Of a stretch of 64,000 nucleotides of DNA, positions 10,619 through 19,327 are shown one piece after another. The position numbers and the translations under genes were made by a program. How positions within the stretch are numbered: position 1 is the stretch's first letter; every line of letters begins with the position of its first letter. Source of the stretch: Coleofasciculus sp. B1-GNL1-01 (GTDB taxonomy: Bacteria > Cyanobacteriota > Cyanobacteriia > Cyanobacteriales > Coleofasciculaceae); NCBI GenBank assembly GCA_040220235.1, contig JAVJTO010000132.1; one strand, written 5' to 3'. The notes beneath the pieces are model-generated. The model made no database searches and was not told the origin of the DNA. It saw only the letters and a list, made by a program, of their open reading frames with translations.

Positions 10619-11608
10619 ATGAAGTGGACGGGCAAAAACGTTGTCGTGACTGGTGCAGGTGGCTTCATTGGTAGTCATCTATGTGAAGCGTTGCTCGAAG
10701 CAGGCGCTCAAGTTACAGCAATCATCCGCTACAACTCGCAAAACAATTGGGGTAATCTGGAACTATTGTCGCCCCAACATCGAGCCGCCCTGAATGTCGT
10801 CGCTGGCAATATTGAGGATGGTGATTTTGTCAATCGCCAGGTCAAAAACCAGCACGTTATTTTTCATCTGGCGGCGCTAATCGGGATACCTTATTCCTAT
10901 ATTGCTCCCCGCAGCTATATTCGCACCAATATCGAAGGGACGATGAATGTCCTAGAAGCAGGACGCAACTTCGACCTCGAACGGATTGTTCATACATCAA
11001 CCTCAGAAACTTACGGTACTGCTAAATATACCCCCATTGACGAAAACCATCCCTTGCAGGGTCAATCTCCCTACTCGGCGTCTAAAATTGGCGCTGATAA
11101 AATGGCTGAAAGCTATTACCTATCCTTTGGTCTACCCGTTTCCACGATTCGACCCTTTAATACCTATGGTCCGCGTCAGTCAGCCCGCGCCGTGATTCCC
11201 ACTATCATCAGTCAAGCCTTAACCCAAAATCAAATCCGTTTAGGATCACTAGACCCAGTACGCGATTTGACTTATGTTAAGGACACAGTGAGGGGATTTA
11301 TTAACGTGGCGGAATCGCAACAGACGATTGGCAAGGTGACGAATGTTGGTTTTGGTAAAGGGATTACGATTGGAGAATTAGCCAAAACAATTCTTTCCTT
11401 GATGGAGAGTGACAAACCCATTGTTCTCGATAACCGTCGAGTGCGTCCCAGTAAAAGCGAAGTATTCAAGCTCATCTGTGACAATACCCAAGCCCGGGAA
11501 AGAACGGGTTGGCAACCCCACTATTCACTGGAGGCTGGGTTAAAAGAAGTAATTACCTTTGTCTCAAATAACCAAACTCTTTTTAAATCAGAGCAGTATA
11601 CGGTGTGA
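10619..11608 (+). CDS. NAD-dependent NDP-sugar 4,6-dehydratase, LegB-like
   Basis: GAGGFIG, HLAALIGIPYSY, TSTSE, YSASK, GPRQSARAVIPTII. Confidence 0.88.
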   Translation: MKWTGKNVVVTGAGGFIGSHLCEALLEAGAQVTAIIRYNSQNNWGNLELLSPQHRAALNVVAGNIEDGDFVNRQVKNQHVIFHLAALIGIPYSYIAPRSYIRTNIEGTMNVLEAGRNFDLERIVHTSTSETYGTAKYTPIDENHPLQGQSPYSASKIGADKMAESYYLSFGLPVSTIRPFNTYGPRQSARAVIPTIISQALTQNQIRLGSLDPVRDLTYVKDTVRGFINVAESQQTIGKVTNVGFGKGITIGELAKTILSLMESDKPIVLDNRRVRPSKSEVFKLICDNTQARERTGWQPHYSLEAGLKEVITFVSNNQTLFKSEQYTV

Positions 11609-11619
11609 GGTTTAAATCA

Positions 11620-12336
11620 ATGCAGGCTTTAATTCTCGCCGGCGGTCGAGGAACTCGGTTACATCCTTATACTACTGTGCTTCCTAAGCCGCTGATGCCC
11701 GTGGGTGACTATCCGATTTTGGAGATTATCTTACGACAACTTAAAGGTGCAGGAATCACGGATGTCATCCTGGCTGTGGGATATTTAAGCCAATTGCTTG
11801 AGGCTTTTTTTCAAAAGGGTGAACGTCTGGGCTTGAATATTAGCTATTCATTCGAGGAACGGGCTTTGGGAACTGCCGGTCCAATTGCTTTGGCGATGGA
11901 TCAGTTAGAGGATGATTTTCTGGTTATGAATGGTGATTTAATGACAACATTAAAGTACCAGAATATCATGGCTTTTCATCAAGATCAGGGTGCAGCAGCC
12001 ACCATTGGTATCTATCAACGGGATGTGAAGGTCGATTTTGGCGTCCTGGAAACCGATGCTCAAGGAAAGCTAGTGCGTTACGTGGAAAAACCCACCTATC
12101 ATTTTGATGTCAGTATGGGCGTTAATGTTCTTAAGAAAAATGCCATCCAGCCTTATTTAAAAGTTGGTGAGTATTTAGATATTCCTGACCTAATGCGGAA
12201 ATTATGTCAAGATGGTCATCCGGTTCATTGCTATCGTGAATCCTGTTACTGGCTGGATATTGGCAGAATGGACGACTATCGAACAGCCACTGAAATCTTT
12301 GAATCAAGACAAGCCGAATTTCTGCCTAATTTATGA
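11620..12336 (+). CDS. Sugar-1-phosphate nucleotidyltransferase (guanylyltransferase-like)
   Basis: LAGGRGTRLHP...PKPL, EKP, WLDIGRMDDY; alternative GTG start at 11605. Confidence 0.9.
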   Translation: MQALILAGGRGTRLHPYTTVLPKPLMPVGDYPILEIILRQLKGAGITDVILAVGYLSQLLEAFFQKGERLGLNISYSFEERALGTAGPIALAMDQLEDDFLVMNGDLMTTLKYQNIMAFHQDQGAAATIGIYQRDVKVDFGVLETDAQGKLVRYVEKPTYHFDVSMGVNVLKKNAIQPYLKVGEYLDIPDLMRKLCQDGHPVHCYRESCYWLDIGRMDDYRTATEIFESRQAEFLPNL

Positions 12337-13250
12337 CAAAAGCCCTAATTACAGGTGGGGGTGGGTTTTGCGGACGGCATCTAATTTCTTATCTAGAACG
12401 TCAGGGTATAGAAATTTATACCCTTGGCACTCAACCCGCCTCTAAACATCATTACAATTTAACGGATACGGCTGACGTTTGTGCTCTAGCCAAAACCATT
12501 CAAGCTGTCCAGCCGAACTATGTGTTTCACTTAGCTGGTGTCGCCCGTTCTAGCAACCCCACGTTATTCTACCAGGTGAATACCGTCTATGGGGCGACAC
12601 TCTTGCATGCCTTAGAGATTACAGGCTATCAGGATTGTCCTGTCCTGTTAGTGGGGACATCGGCTGAATATGGTTTAGTGAGTCCTGAACAAGTTCCCAT
12701 TCATGAACAGACGCCAACCTGTCCTTATAGTCACTACGGGATTAGTAAACTTTCCCAAACGTTAATGGGACTTGCCTTATCCAGACAAGGGAGACCCTTA
12801 GTTATGGTCAGACCGTTTAATATAATTGGTGCTGGTATGCCTGAGTATCTGTCTATCCAAAGCTTTGTCCAGCAAATTACGGCAATCGCCCAAGGTCAAC
12901 ACCCTTCAATAATCAACGTCGGTAATTTAAGTAGTTCCAGAGATTTTATTGATATCCAAGAGGTGATTAAAATTTACTGGCAATTAATCCGGACACCAAC
13001 AGCCTATGGACAGGTGATTAATGTTTGCTCGGGACAAGGTATACTCATGAGTGATCTACTGCACAAGCTGATCGAGATAGCTAATATCGATGTAGACATT
13101 CAAACCGATCCCGCCCGATTCAAACCTGTTGATGTTCCCGTTCATTATGGTAGCATTGAAAAATTGCAAATGCTGCTGGGTTATGCGCCCCAAACCAAGC
13201 TTGAGTCAGTGATACATTCAATCGTTTCGGAGATCAATACCCACCCATGA
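12333..13250 (+). CDS. NDP-4-keto-6-deoxysugar reductase/epimerase (Rmd-like SDR)
   Basis: GGGGFCG, YGISK, VGNLSSSRDF, RFKPVD. Confidence 0.8.
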   Translation: MTKALITGGGGFCGRHLISYLERQGIEIYTLGTQPASKHHYNLTDTADVCALAKTIQAVQPNYVFHLAGVARSSNPTLFYQVNTVYGATLLHALEITGYQDCPVLLVGTSAEYGLVSPEQVPIHEQTPTCPYSHYGISKLSQTLMGLALSRQGRPLVMVRPFNIIGAGMPEYLSIQSFVQQITAIAQGQHPSIINVGNLSSSRDFIDIQEVIKIYWQLIRTPTAYGQVINVCSGQGILMSDLLHKLIEIANIDVDIQTDPARFKPVDVPVHYGSIEKLQMLLGYAPQTKLESVIHSIVSEINTHP

Positions 13251-14194
13251 AAACCTTAACGATTATTAGCCCAGTTTACAACGAAGAAGAGGTGATCAAC
13301 GATTTCTACACGGAACTTAGGGGGGTGCTAGCTGGATTATCACCGCGTTATGATTCCAAAATTTTATTTGTGGTTGACCGCAGCAGCGATGCGAGTTTTG
13401 AAATCTTAAAATCAATCGCTGAACAGGATAAAGCTGTACAGATTCTATTGATGTCGTCTCGGTTTGGTCATCAAATGTCACTCCTAGCCGGAATTGATCA
13501 TAGTGATTCTGATGTTTTAATTATGCTAGATAGCGACTTACAGCATCCCCCGTCCTTGATTCCCAAAATGTTGATGAAGTATGAACAAGGCTATGATATT
13601 GTTTATACAATTCGCCAAGATTCTAAGGATATTAGTATTTTTAAACGCTTGACCTCTAAACTATTCTACAAAATCATCAACAAACTCTCAGACGTCCCCA
13701 TCAATGAAAGTGCTGCAGATTTTAGATTAATATCTAACCGTGTAGCCAAAACATTTAAACATAAAATTCGAGAAAGAAACCAATTTCTGCGGGGTCTTTT
13801 TAGTTGGGTGGGGTTTAGAAGCACAAGTATTTATTTTCAAGTCAGGAAGCGGAGAGCAGGTCGGAGCAAATACTCACTAAACCGGATGATTCAGTTTGGA
13901 TTAGAGGGAGTTGTTTCCTTTAGCAAAAAACCGCTCAAAGCCGCCATTATTACTGGCTTTATTTTTGCCCTATTTGGCTTTATCTATGCCCTTATATCCG
14001 TCGTTCAATATTTTATTTATGCCTCCCTGCCTTCGGGGTGGACAACTCTCGTCTTTTTAGTGTCAATATTTAGTGGAGTACAACTCATTTTTTTAGGTAT
14101 AATCGGAGAATATATTGGCGCAATCTTTGATGAAGTTAAAGGGAGACCCCACTACATTATTGAAGACAAGGTAAATTTTAATCACGATGAATGA
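13247..14194 (+). CDS. GT2 polyprenol-phosphate glycosyltransferase (GtrB-like)
   Basis: PVYNEE, LDSDLQHPP, two C-terminal TM helices, IGEYIG...RPHYII. Confidence 0.9.
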   Translation: MKTLTIISPVYNEEEVINDFYTELRGVLAGLSPRYDSKILFVVDRSSDASFEILKSIAEQDKAVQILLMSSRFGHQMSLLAGIDHSDSDVLIMLDSDLQHPPSLIPKMLMKYEQGYDIVYTIRQDSKDISIFKRLTSKLFYKIINKLSDVPINESAADFRLISNRVAKTFKHKIRERNQFLRGLFSWVGFRSTSIYFQVRKRRAGRSKYSLNRMIQFGLEGVVSFSKKPLKAAIITGFIFALFGFIYALISVVQYFIYASLPSGWTTLVFLVSIFSGVQLIFLGIIGEYIGAIFDEVKGRPHYIIEDKVNFNHDE

Positions 14195-15029
14195 ATGTAT
14201 TGTTTGTGGAACGACGCAGCATGAATCGGTCTATAAAGGTCTGCTAAAATGCCAGCGGTGTGGTCATACGGTTGCTGATTTAAACCTGACTGATGCCGAA
14301 CTATTTAAACTTTATAGCCGAAATTATTTCTTCGGAGAAGAGTATAGCGATTATGTCGCAGATAAAAAAGTCATGCAGAAGAATTTCAAGTTACGATTGA
14401 AAACACTGCAGACATTTCTCAACCCCACGTTTCACCGTAATTTACTGGAAATTGGCTGCGCTTACGGATTTTTCCTGGAGTTTGCCCAGCATGACTTTGA
14501 TCACGTTCAGGGAATTGATATTACTGAAGAAGGTGTTCGATATGCCCGTGAAACCTTGCACCTTGATGCAATTCAGTCAGATTTGCTCAAGCATGACTTT
14601 GGTGAGCAAAAGTTTGATGTTGTCTGTATGTGGGATACAATCGAACATTTAGGTCAACCTCACTTCTATATTGAAAAGATCAGCAAACAGATGAATCCCG
14701 GTGGGCTTATCGCCATCACAACCGGTGACATTAGCAGTCTGAATGCCCGAATCAGAAGAAGCAATTGGCGATTAATTCATCCTCCGACTCATCTGCATTA
14801 CTTTTCGGGCAAAACACTGGAAAAAATGCTCAACAATTATGGGTTTGATGTTGTTTACAATCGATATTGTGGTTTTTATCGGAGTGTGGACAATATTGCC
14901 TATAATATTTTTGTGCTGCGGCAAAATAATCCCAAACTGTATCATTGGCTGAAGCGACTCCGATTGACGGATTGGTATTTCTATCTGAACTTGTATGACA
15001 TTATGTATGTCATTGCTAGGAAACGCTGA
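14187..15029 (+). CDS. Class I SAM methyltransferase with N-terminal Zn ribbon
   Basis: CxxC...CxxC, LEIGCAYG, DTIEH, PPTHLHYF. Confidence 0.88.
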   Translation: MNECIVCGTTQHESVYKGLLKCQRCGHTVADLNLTDAELFKLYSRNYFFGEEYSDYVADKKVMQKNFKLRLKTLQTFLNPTFHRNLLEIGCAYGFFLEFAQHDFDHVQGIDITEEGVRYARETLHLDAIQSDLLKHDFGEQKFDVVCMWDTIEHLGQPHFYIEKISKQMNPGGLIAITTGDISSLNARIRRSNWRLIHPPTHLHYFSGKTLEKMLNNYGFDVVYNRYCGFYRSVDNIAYNIFVLRQNNPKLYHWLKRLRLTDWYFYLNLYDIMYVIARKR

Positions 15030-15040
15030 ACTCAATATGA

Positions 15041-15170
15041 TAAGTAGGTGGACACAATAAAGGCTAACGGTGGAGATCGTCATTCGTCATTTGTCATTTG
15101 TCCTTCGTAAGGGTTTGAGGCTTGTTTACAAAACTTAGTACAGTACTGTTTTCTTTTGTCCGACTACTTA
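15041..15170. mobile_element. MITE family A
   Basis: taagtaggtggaca...tgtccgactactta TIRs, internal gtcattt heptamers. Confidence 0.7.
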
Positions 15171-15223
15171 CATGTACTAGGATCAGACCATTTTTGCACA
15201 AAACGTTCAAGTAGGTTAAACCC

Positions 15224-15631
15224 ATGAGATTAAAAAAATATAGAAAAGCAAAGCTTACCAAGAAATTTATTAGATATGCAATTGTTGGCGCAATAGGTAC
15301 GGCTATCTATTTATTTATTCTAACGTTATTAATCGAATTTTTACGCTATGACCCAGTAATTAGTTCGACTTTGGCCTTTATCATTATTGTGATTATTTCT
15401 TATATCTTGAACTATAAGTGGACATTTAGAGCTAAAAGTAGACATCGGATTTCTTTCCCTCGTTACCTGACAGTCTCTTTTATCGGCTTATTATTAAATA
15501 CGATAATTATGTTTCTAGCGGTGAATGTTTTTTCGATCTGGTATGGACTTGCCCAAGTAATTGCCATAGTTTTAATTCCTATCAGCAATTTTATATTAAA
15601 CTTTTATTGGTCATTTAAAAGTAAAAATTAG
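15224..15631 (+). CDS. gtrA: GtrA-family flippase
   Basis: 135 aa, four TM segments, FIRYAIVG, NYKWTF and NFYWSF motifs. Confidence 0.88.
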   Translation: MRLKKYRKAKLTKKFIRYAIVGAIGTAIYLFILTLLIEFLRYDPVISSTLAFIIIVIISYILNYKWTFRAKSRHRISFPRYLTVSFIGLLLNTIIMFLAVNVFSIWYGLAQVIAIVLIPISNFILNFYWSFKSKN

Positions 15632-15646
15632 CGGATTTTTGAATTC

Positions 15647-16810
15647 ATGCTAAAAATTGTCATTGATGCCACTCCTGTTCAACCCAATCCTAGTGGAGTT
15701 GGTCTTTACGTCTTAAATTTAATTGAATCCCTACTCAAGCTACAAGTCCAGGAAAATTTTCAACTGGGCATTGCTTACCAACCAGGCTTCAAAAATTGGC
15801 TGCGTGGCTGTTTCTCCCTTCCCGACTCTCTACAACAAGTTTCTCCTATTTACTTAGTTCCTATACCCGTTCGAGTCTCAAACCTTATCTTATCTCTTCC
15901 AGCTAACATTGTTTCCCAGTATTTTGAGAATTGCCTGGGTTCACCCGATATTGTTCAGGGAACCAATTATTCCGTGTATCCCTGTAAAAATAGCCAAAGA
16001 ATTATTAATATTTATGATTTAAGCTTTATCAAATATCCTGACTATATTGATTCTACAGTTGCCACCTATAAAAAACGAATTAAGAGATACTTACAGTGGA
16101 CTGACTTAATTCTCACGATTTCCGAAAGCTCTAAACGCGATATTGTGAACTATTTAGGAGTCAATCATCAACAGATTTATGTCACCCCCCTAGCTAGCCG
16201 CTATTCATCAGGTTACTTGAAAAACTATCTTAGAAATCAGGTCATGGAATCCATTGACTATGACTTTTCACAACCTTACCTTCTGTTTGTGAGTACCATA
16301 GAACCCCGAAAGAATATTCAAACCTTAATTAATGCCTTTAACTTACTAAAACAAACCGTTAAGCTAGAGCATCACTTAGTCTTAATTGGTAGAAAAGGGT
16401 GGCATTATCAACCGATATTTTACGCTATTGAAAACTCTCCCTGGAGTCACCATATTCATCATTTGAACTACCTATCAGATGAACAGGTTGCCTTTTTCTA
16501 CTCTAAAGCCGATGTCTTTGTTTATCCCTCCCACTACGAAGGGTTTGGTCTTCCGGTTCTCGAAGCCATGACCCTTGGTGCTCCTGTGGTTACTTCCAAT
16601 ACCTCCTCTTTACCTGAAGTCGCTGGTGATGCAGCCCTTCTCATTGATCCGAACGACTCCATACAGTTAGCTGAGGCTATTTTAAAAATCATCAGTGACA
16701 CTCAATTCCGCCAAGAATTAATTCACAAAGGCAAAGCAAGAGCTAAACTATTCTCTTGGGAAAGAACGGCACAAGAAACCCTAAACGCCTATAAATCTAT
16801 ACTCAGTTAA
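15647..16810 (+). CDS. GT4 glycosyltransferase (mannosyl/rhamnosyltransferase-like)
   Basis: [25 protein letters not shown]. Confidence 0.92.
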   Translation: MLKIVIDATPVQPNPSGVGLYVLNLIESLLKLQVQENFQLGIAYQPGFKNWLRGCFSLPDSLQQVSPIYLVPIPVRVSNLILSLPANIVSQYFENCLGSPDIVQGTNYSVYPCKNSQRIINIYDLSFIKYPDYIDSTVATYKKRIKRYLQWTDLILTISESSKRDIVNYLGVNHQQIYVTPLASRYSSGYLKNYLRNQVMESIDYDFSQPYLLFVSTIEPRKNIQTLINAFNLLKQTVKLEHHLVLIGRKGWHYQPIFYAIENSPWSHHIHHLNYLSDEQVAFFYSKADVFVYPSHYEGFGLPVLEAMTLGAPVVTSNTSSLPEVAGDAALLIDPNDSIQLAEAILKIISDTQFRQELIHKGKARAKLFSWERTAQETLNAYKSILS

Positions 16811-17078
16811 TAAATTCTTTAATCCATCATTTAACCTTGTCTTCCCCCCTATTAGTCAACCTTTCCATCCTCTTTGCTCAACCCACTGGCATCGCCACCT
16901 ATGCTGCCAACCTATTCTCCTACTTAAAACCCCTAGATCCCACCCTACTCATTTCACCTCTCACGTCAAACCACTTCCCCCTCGCCTCTGACTTTCACAG
17001 CTACCCTGTTCCCGCCAACCTCAGCCCTGCCCATGGAACAAAAGGACACTTCCGTCGCCTGTTATGGACTCAATTCAA
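16803..17078 (+). repeat. Direct repeat copy 1 (partner 23664-23939)
   Basis: Near-identical colinear sequence at offset 6861, includes the upstream stop codon and first ~80 codons of a GT4. Confidence 0.95.
16837..17078 (+). pseudogene. 5' fragment of the GT4 at 23698
   Basis: [18 protein letters not shown]...LLWTQF matches 23698 protein then diverges abruptly. Confidence 0.9.
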
Positions 17079-17173
17079 ACACCCATTCCCCAGCATCCCG
17101 ATATCCTCGCGTTGGGGTTCACTAACAGTCCGTAAATATCTAGACAATTAGTGACATAACTGGACATTTTCTA

Positions 17174-17182
17174 TGATATAAT
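17174..17182 (+). promoter_or_regulatory. Extended -10 promoter for a likely leaderless tnpA-tnpB transcript
   Basis: TGaTATAAT ending 6 nt before ATG 17189. Confidence 0.6.
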
Positions 17183-17188
17183 CAGGAA

Positions 17189-17383
17189 ATGTCTAGTTTA
17201 ACTGCCCAAGAAGCGGCTACTCGACTAGGTGTGACGGTCTTGCACGTTGCACCGATGGCAACTCAACGGCTCTCATTCGATCTTCTCGGACGGCTGGCGG
17301 TCCGGAGTCGATATGATATTGTTGACTTAATTGGCAATAAATCGGGTAACGAATTAACCGTTGGCGTAGCCGCGAGTATCTAG
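17189..17383 (+). pseudogene. tnpA: Degenerate IS607 serine-recombinase TnpA (MerR-like HTH remnant)
   Basis: LTAQEAATRLGVT...RYDIVDLIG...LTVGVAASI resembles HTH and decayed YARVSS; catalytic domain missing. Confidence 0.8.
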
Positions 17384-17412
17384 TCAGAACTGAGGGAGGT
17401 AGCCAAAAAGCT

Positions 17413-18903
17413 ATGACGACGATAACTTATTGCAAAGGCTTGCCAACTCCCGCCGATGAACTTAACCCCATCGGTTTCACCGAATTGGAAATGTTTTTAA
17501 CGTCATTGTCCGATATATTTTATCAAGCAACAGTTGAAACAGTTAACCAGTTATTAAATCAAGAAATCAAGTTTAATCAATCCAGTTGGAATAGTCATAT
17601 TCAAGAGAAATACGGACTCAGTAAGCGTTATGCTAACGGAGTAATTGCATTAGCTAGAGGAAAAACTTCCTCAGCCAAAGAATGTAGAAAGCGCCAGATA
17701 AAGCAATTAGAATCACGAGTTCAGTCAGCGGAATCTTGGGTAGCCAAAGCCACAAAGAAAATTAAGTTGGCTCGGAAGTTCTATGGAAAAAAGAACTGGC
17801 AAGCCTCCCAAAAAGGTTGTAATTTCCCCTTGTCGTCAAACCTCAAGACAAGAAAAACTAACTGGCATCATCTGCGTCAAGGTCGGCATCATAAAAAGCG
17901 ATATATCCACCGACTTCAAAATCAAATTAAACATCTGAAATCGGCGACAATTAGAGTGAAGGTATCCAGAGGGTCAGTATTTATTGTTGGTTCCAAGGAT
18001 GAAAGTTATGGGAATCAAACTTGTCAATGGTCTGGGGATACGCTCAAATTGAGAGTTCCCGATTGTCTTTTAGCCAAATTTGGGAAATATGTCACATCAA
18101 AAATTGGCAGCTTCTCCAGAAAGATTAATAGATTACCCAATAGTGGTGCGAAAACATGGCACTTCTATAGAAAGGATAATCGCTGGGTTATTGCTGTTCA
18201 ATTCACGCCCGCAGCGGTGGAGAAAGTTAGTCGAGAAATTAAGTATGGTGCCTTGGGTATCGATTTAAATCCTAGTTCTATCGGTTGGGCTTATGTTGAT
18301 GGTCAAGGAAATTTAAAAGCGCAGGGAACTCTTCCTTTTCAGACGGGTTTACCTAAAGGTAAACAAGATGCTCAACTTGTCGATGTTTGTTTGAAATTGG
18401 CAGCTTTAGCCAGGGATTTTAAGATCCCTGTTCTGTGCGAAAACTTAGATTTTTCGAGAAAAAAAGCTCAACTTAGAGAGCGAACGAAAAAATATGCTCG
18501 AATGCTTTCTGCCTGGGCATACAGTCGTTTTTATCAGATTTTGTCATCGATTTTATCCAACCGAGGAATAACTCTTGTGTTTGTCAATCCAGCTTACACG
18601 AGTTTGATCGGCTGTGTTAAATATAGTCGGATGTATGGACTATCATCTGATGTGGCAGCGGCCCTAGCAATTGCCAGAAGAGGCATGAACTTAAGAGAGA
18701 GATTGCCGCGCTCTTTGTCCGCCTATCTCGGAGTGAATCCGAGAAAGCACGTATGGAGCGCTCTATATCAACTTAATAATTTTATTGGTCGATGCCCTGT
18801 AGTCAATCGTAGACACGATTACTACGGCGTCTCTAACTGGGAACCGTTGGTTAAGGCTGATATCGAGCAACAATGCCGGGTATCAGCCAAGCGCAAGCGT
18901 TAA
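17413..18903 (+). CDS. tnpB: TnpB-family RNA-guided nuclease (IS607-associated, Cas12n/V-U4-like clade)
   Basis: RuvC-I GIDLNP, RuvC-II CENLDF, VNPAYTS, RuvC-III SDVAAALAIARRG; no Zn finger; 496 aa. Confidence 0.88.
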   Translation: MTTITYCKGLPTPADELNPIGFTELEMFLTSLSDIFYQATVETVNQLLNQEIKFNQSSWNSHIQEKYGLSKRYANGVIALARGKTSSAKECRKRQIKQLESRVQSAESWVAKATKKIKLARKFYGKKNWQASQKGCNFPLSSNLKTRKTNWHHLRQGRHHKKRYIHRLQNQIKHLKSATIRVKVSRGSVFIVGSKDESYGNQTCQWSGDTLKLRVPDCLLAKFGKYVTSKIGSFSRKINRLPNSGAKTWHFYRKDNRWVIAVQFTPAAVEKVSREIKYGALGIDLNPSSIGWAYVDGQGNLKAQGTLPFQTGLPKGKQDAQLVDVCLKLAALARDFKIPVLCENLDFSRKKAQLRERTKKYARMLSAWAYSRFYQILSSILSNRGITLVFVNPAYTSLIGCVKYSRMYGLSSDVAAALAIARRGMNLRERLPRSLSAYLGVNPRKHVWSALYQLNNFIGRCPVVNRRHDYYGVSNWEPLVKADIEQQCRVSAKRKR

Positions 18904-19005
18904 CGGTTATCGACCAAAAGTTACACCGTGGACTTATACCAAGGCAGAATTACTGATGGGTAGGTTTGTCTAGGTTTTTAGAAGCGGTTTGTGGATGAGC
19001 CAACC
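18720..19005 (+). ncRNA. Putative omegaRNA scaffold plus flank-derived guide
   Basis: Nested stems 18785-93/18909-17, 18799-810/18815-25, 18842-48/18902-08, 18855-62/18881-88 overlapping the tnpB 3' end; 5' and 3' limits uncertain. Confidence 0.65.
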
Positions 19006-19327
19006 AAGTGGAATGTGATCGCGGCGTGTGATATTTTAGTTATGCCATCGCCTTATGAAAGTCTTTCTATGGTATTGTTAGAAGCCTGGGCAGTCGGTAA
19101 GCCAGTTCTCGTTAATGGGGGATGCGATGTTTTAGTGGGACAGTGTAGGAGGCCGCAAGGAGGATTTTGGTATAAGAATAAGGATGAATTTATTGTGGCT
19201 GTAGACATGATCCAAAATTCCGTCAGCTCTCAGTTGGGATGACAAGGGCAACGGTTTGTTAAAATGCATTATGTTATGTCAAAGATCGAGCTTGATTATT
19301 TAATCATATTTCCCCAAAAGTATCCCT

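Larger units (their letters stand above)
17118..18987 (+). mobile_element. Non-autonomous IS607-family element (tnpA remnant + tnpB)
   Basis: GG core at both junctions; removal restores host frame TTG GGG TTT GTG; GACA-core repeats ~10 bp apart at left end and TAGGTTT x2 at right end. Confidence 0.88.
17080..19310 (+). pseudogene. C-terminal fragment of another GT4, split by the IS607 element
   Basis: PIPQHPDILALG (17082-17117) joins FVDEPTKWNVIAACDILVMPSPYESLSMVLLEAW (from 18988); in-frame TGA at 19240. Confidence 0.85.

Noticed and set aside
10619..11608. Assignment as the missing rfbB
   Set aside because: Motifs fit the LegB-like group better than RmlB
17118..19100. CRISPR-Cas12 locus or IStron reading of the tnpB region
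   Set aside because: No repeat-spacer array or cas1/cas2 nearby; only 71 nt between left end and tnpA, too short for a group I intron core
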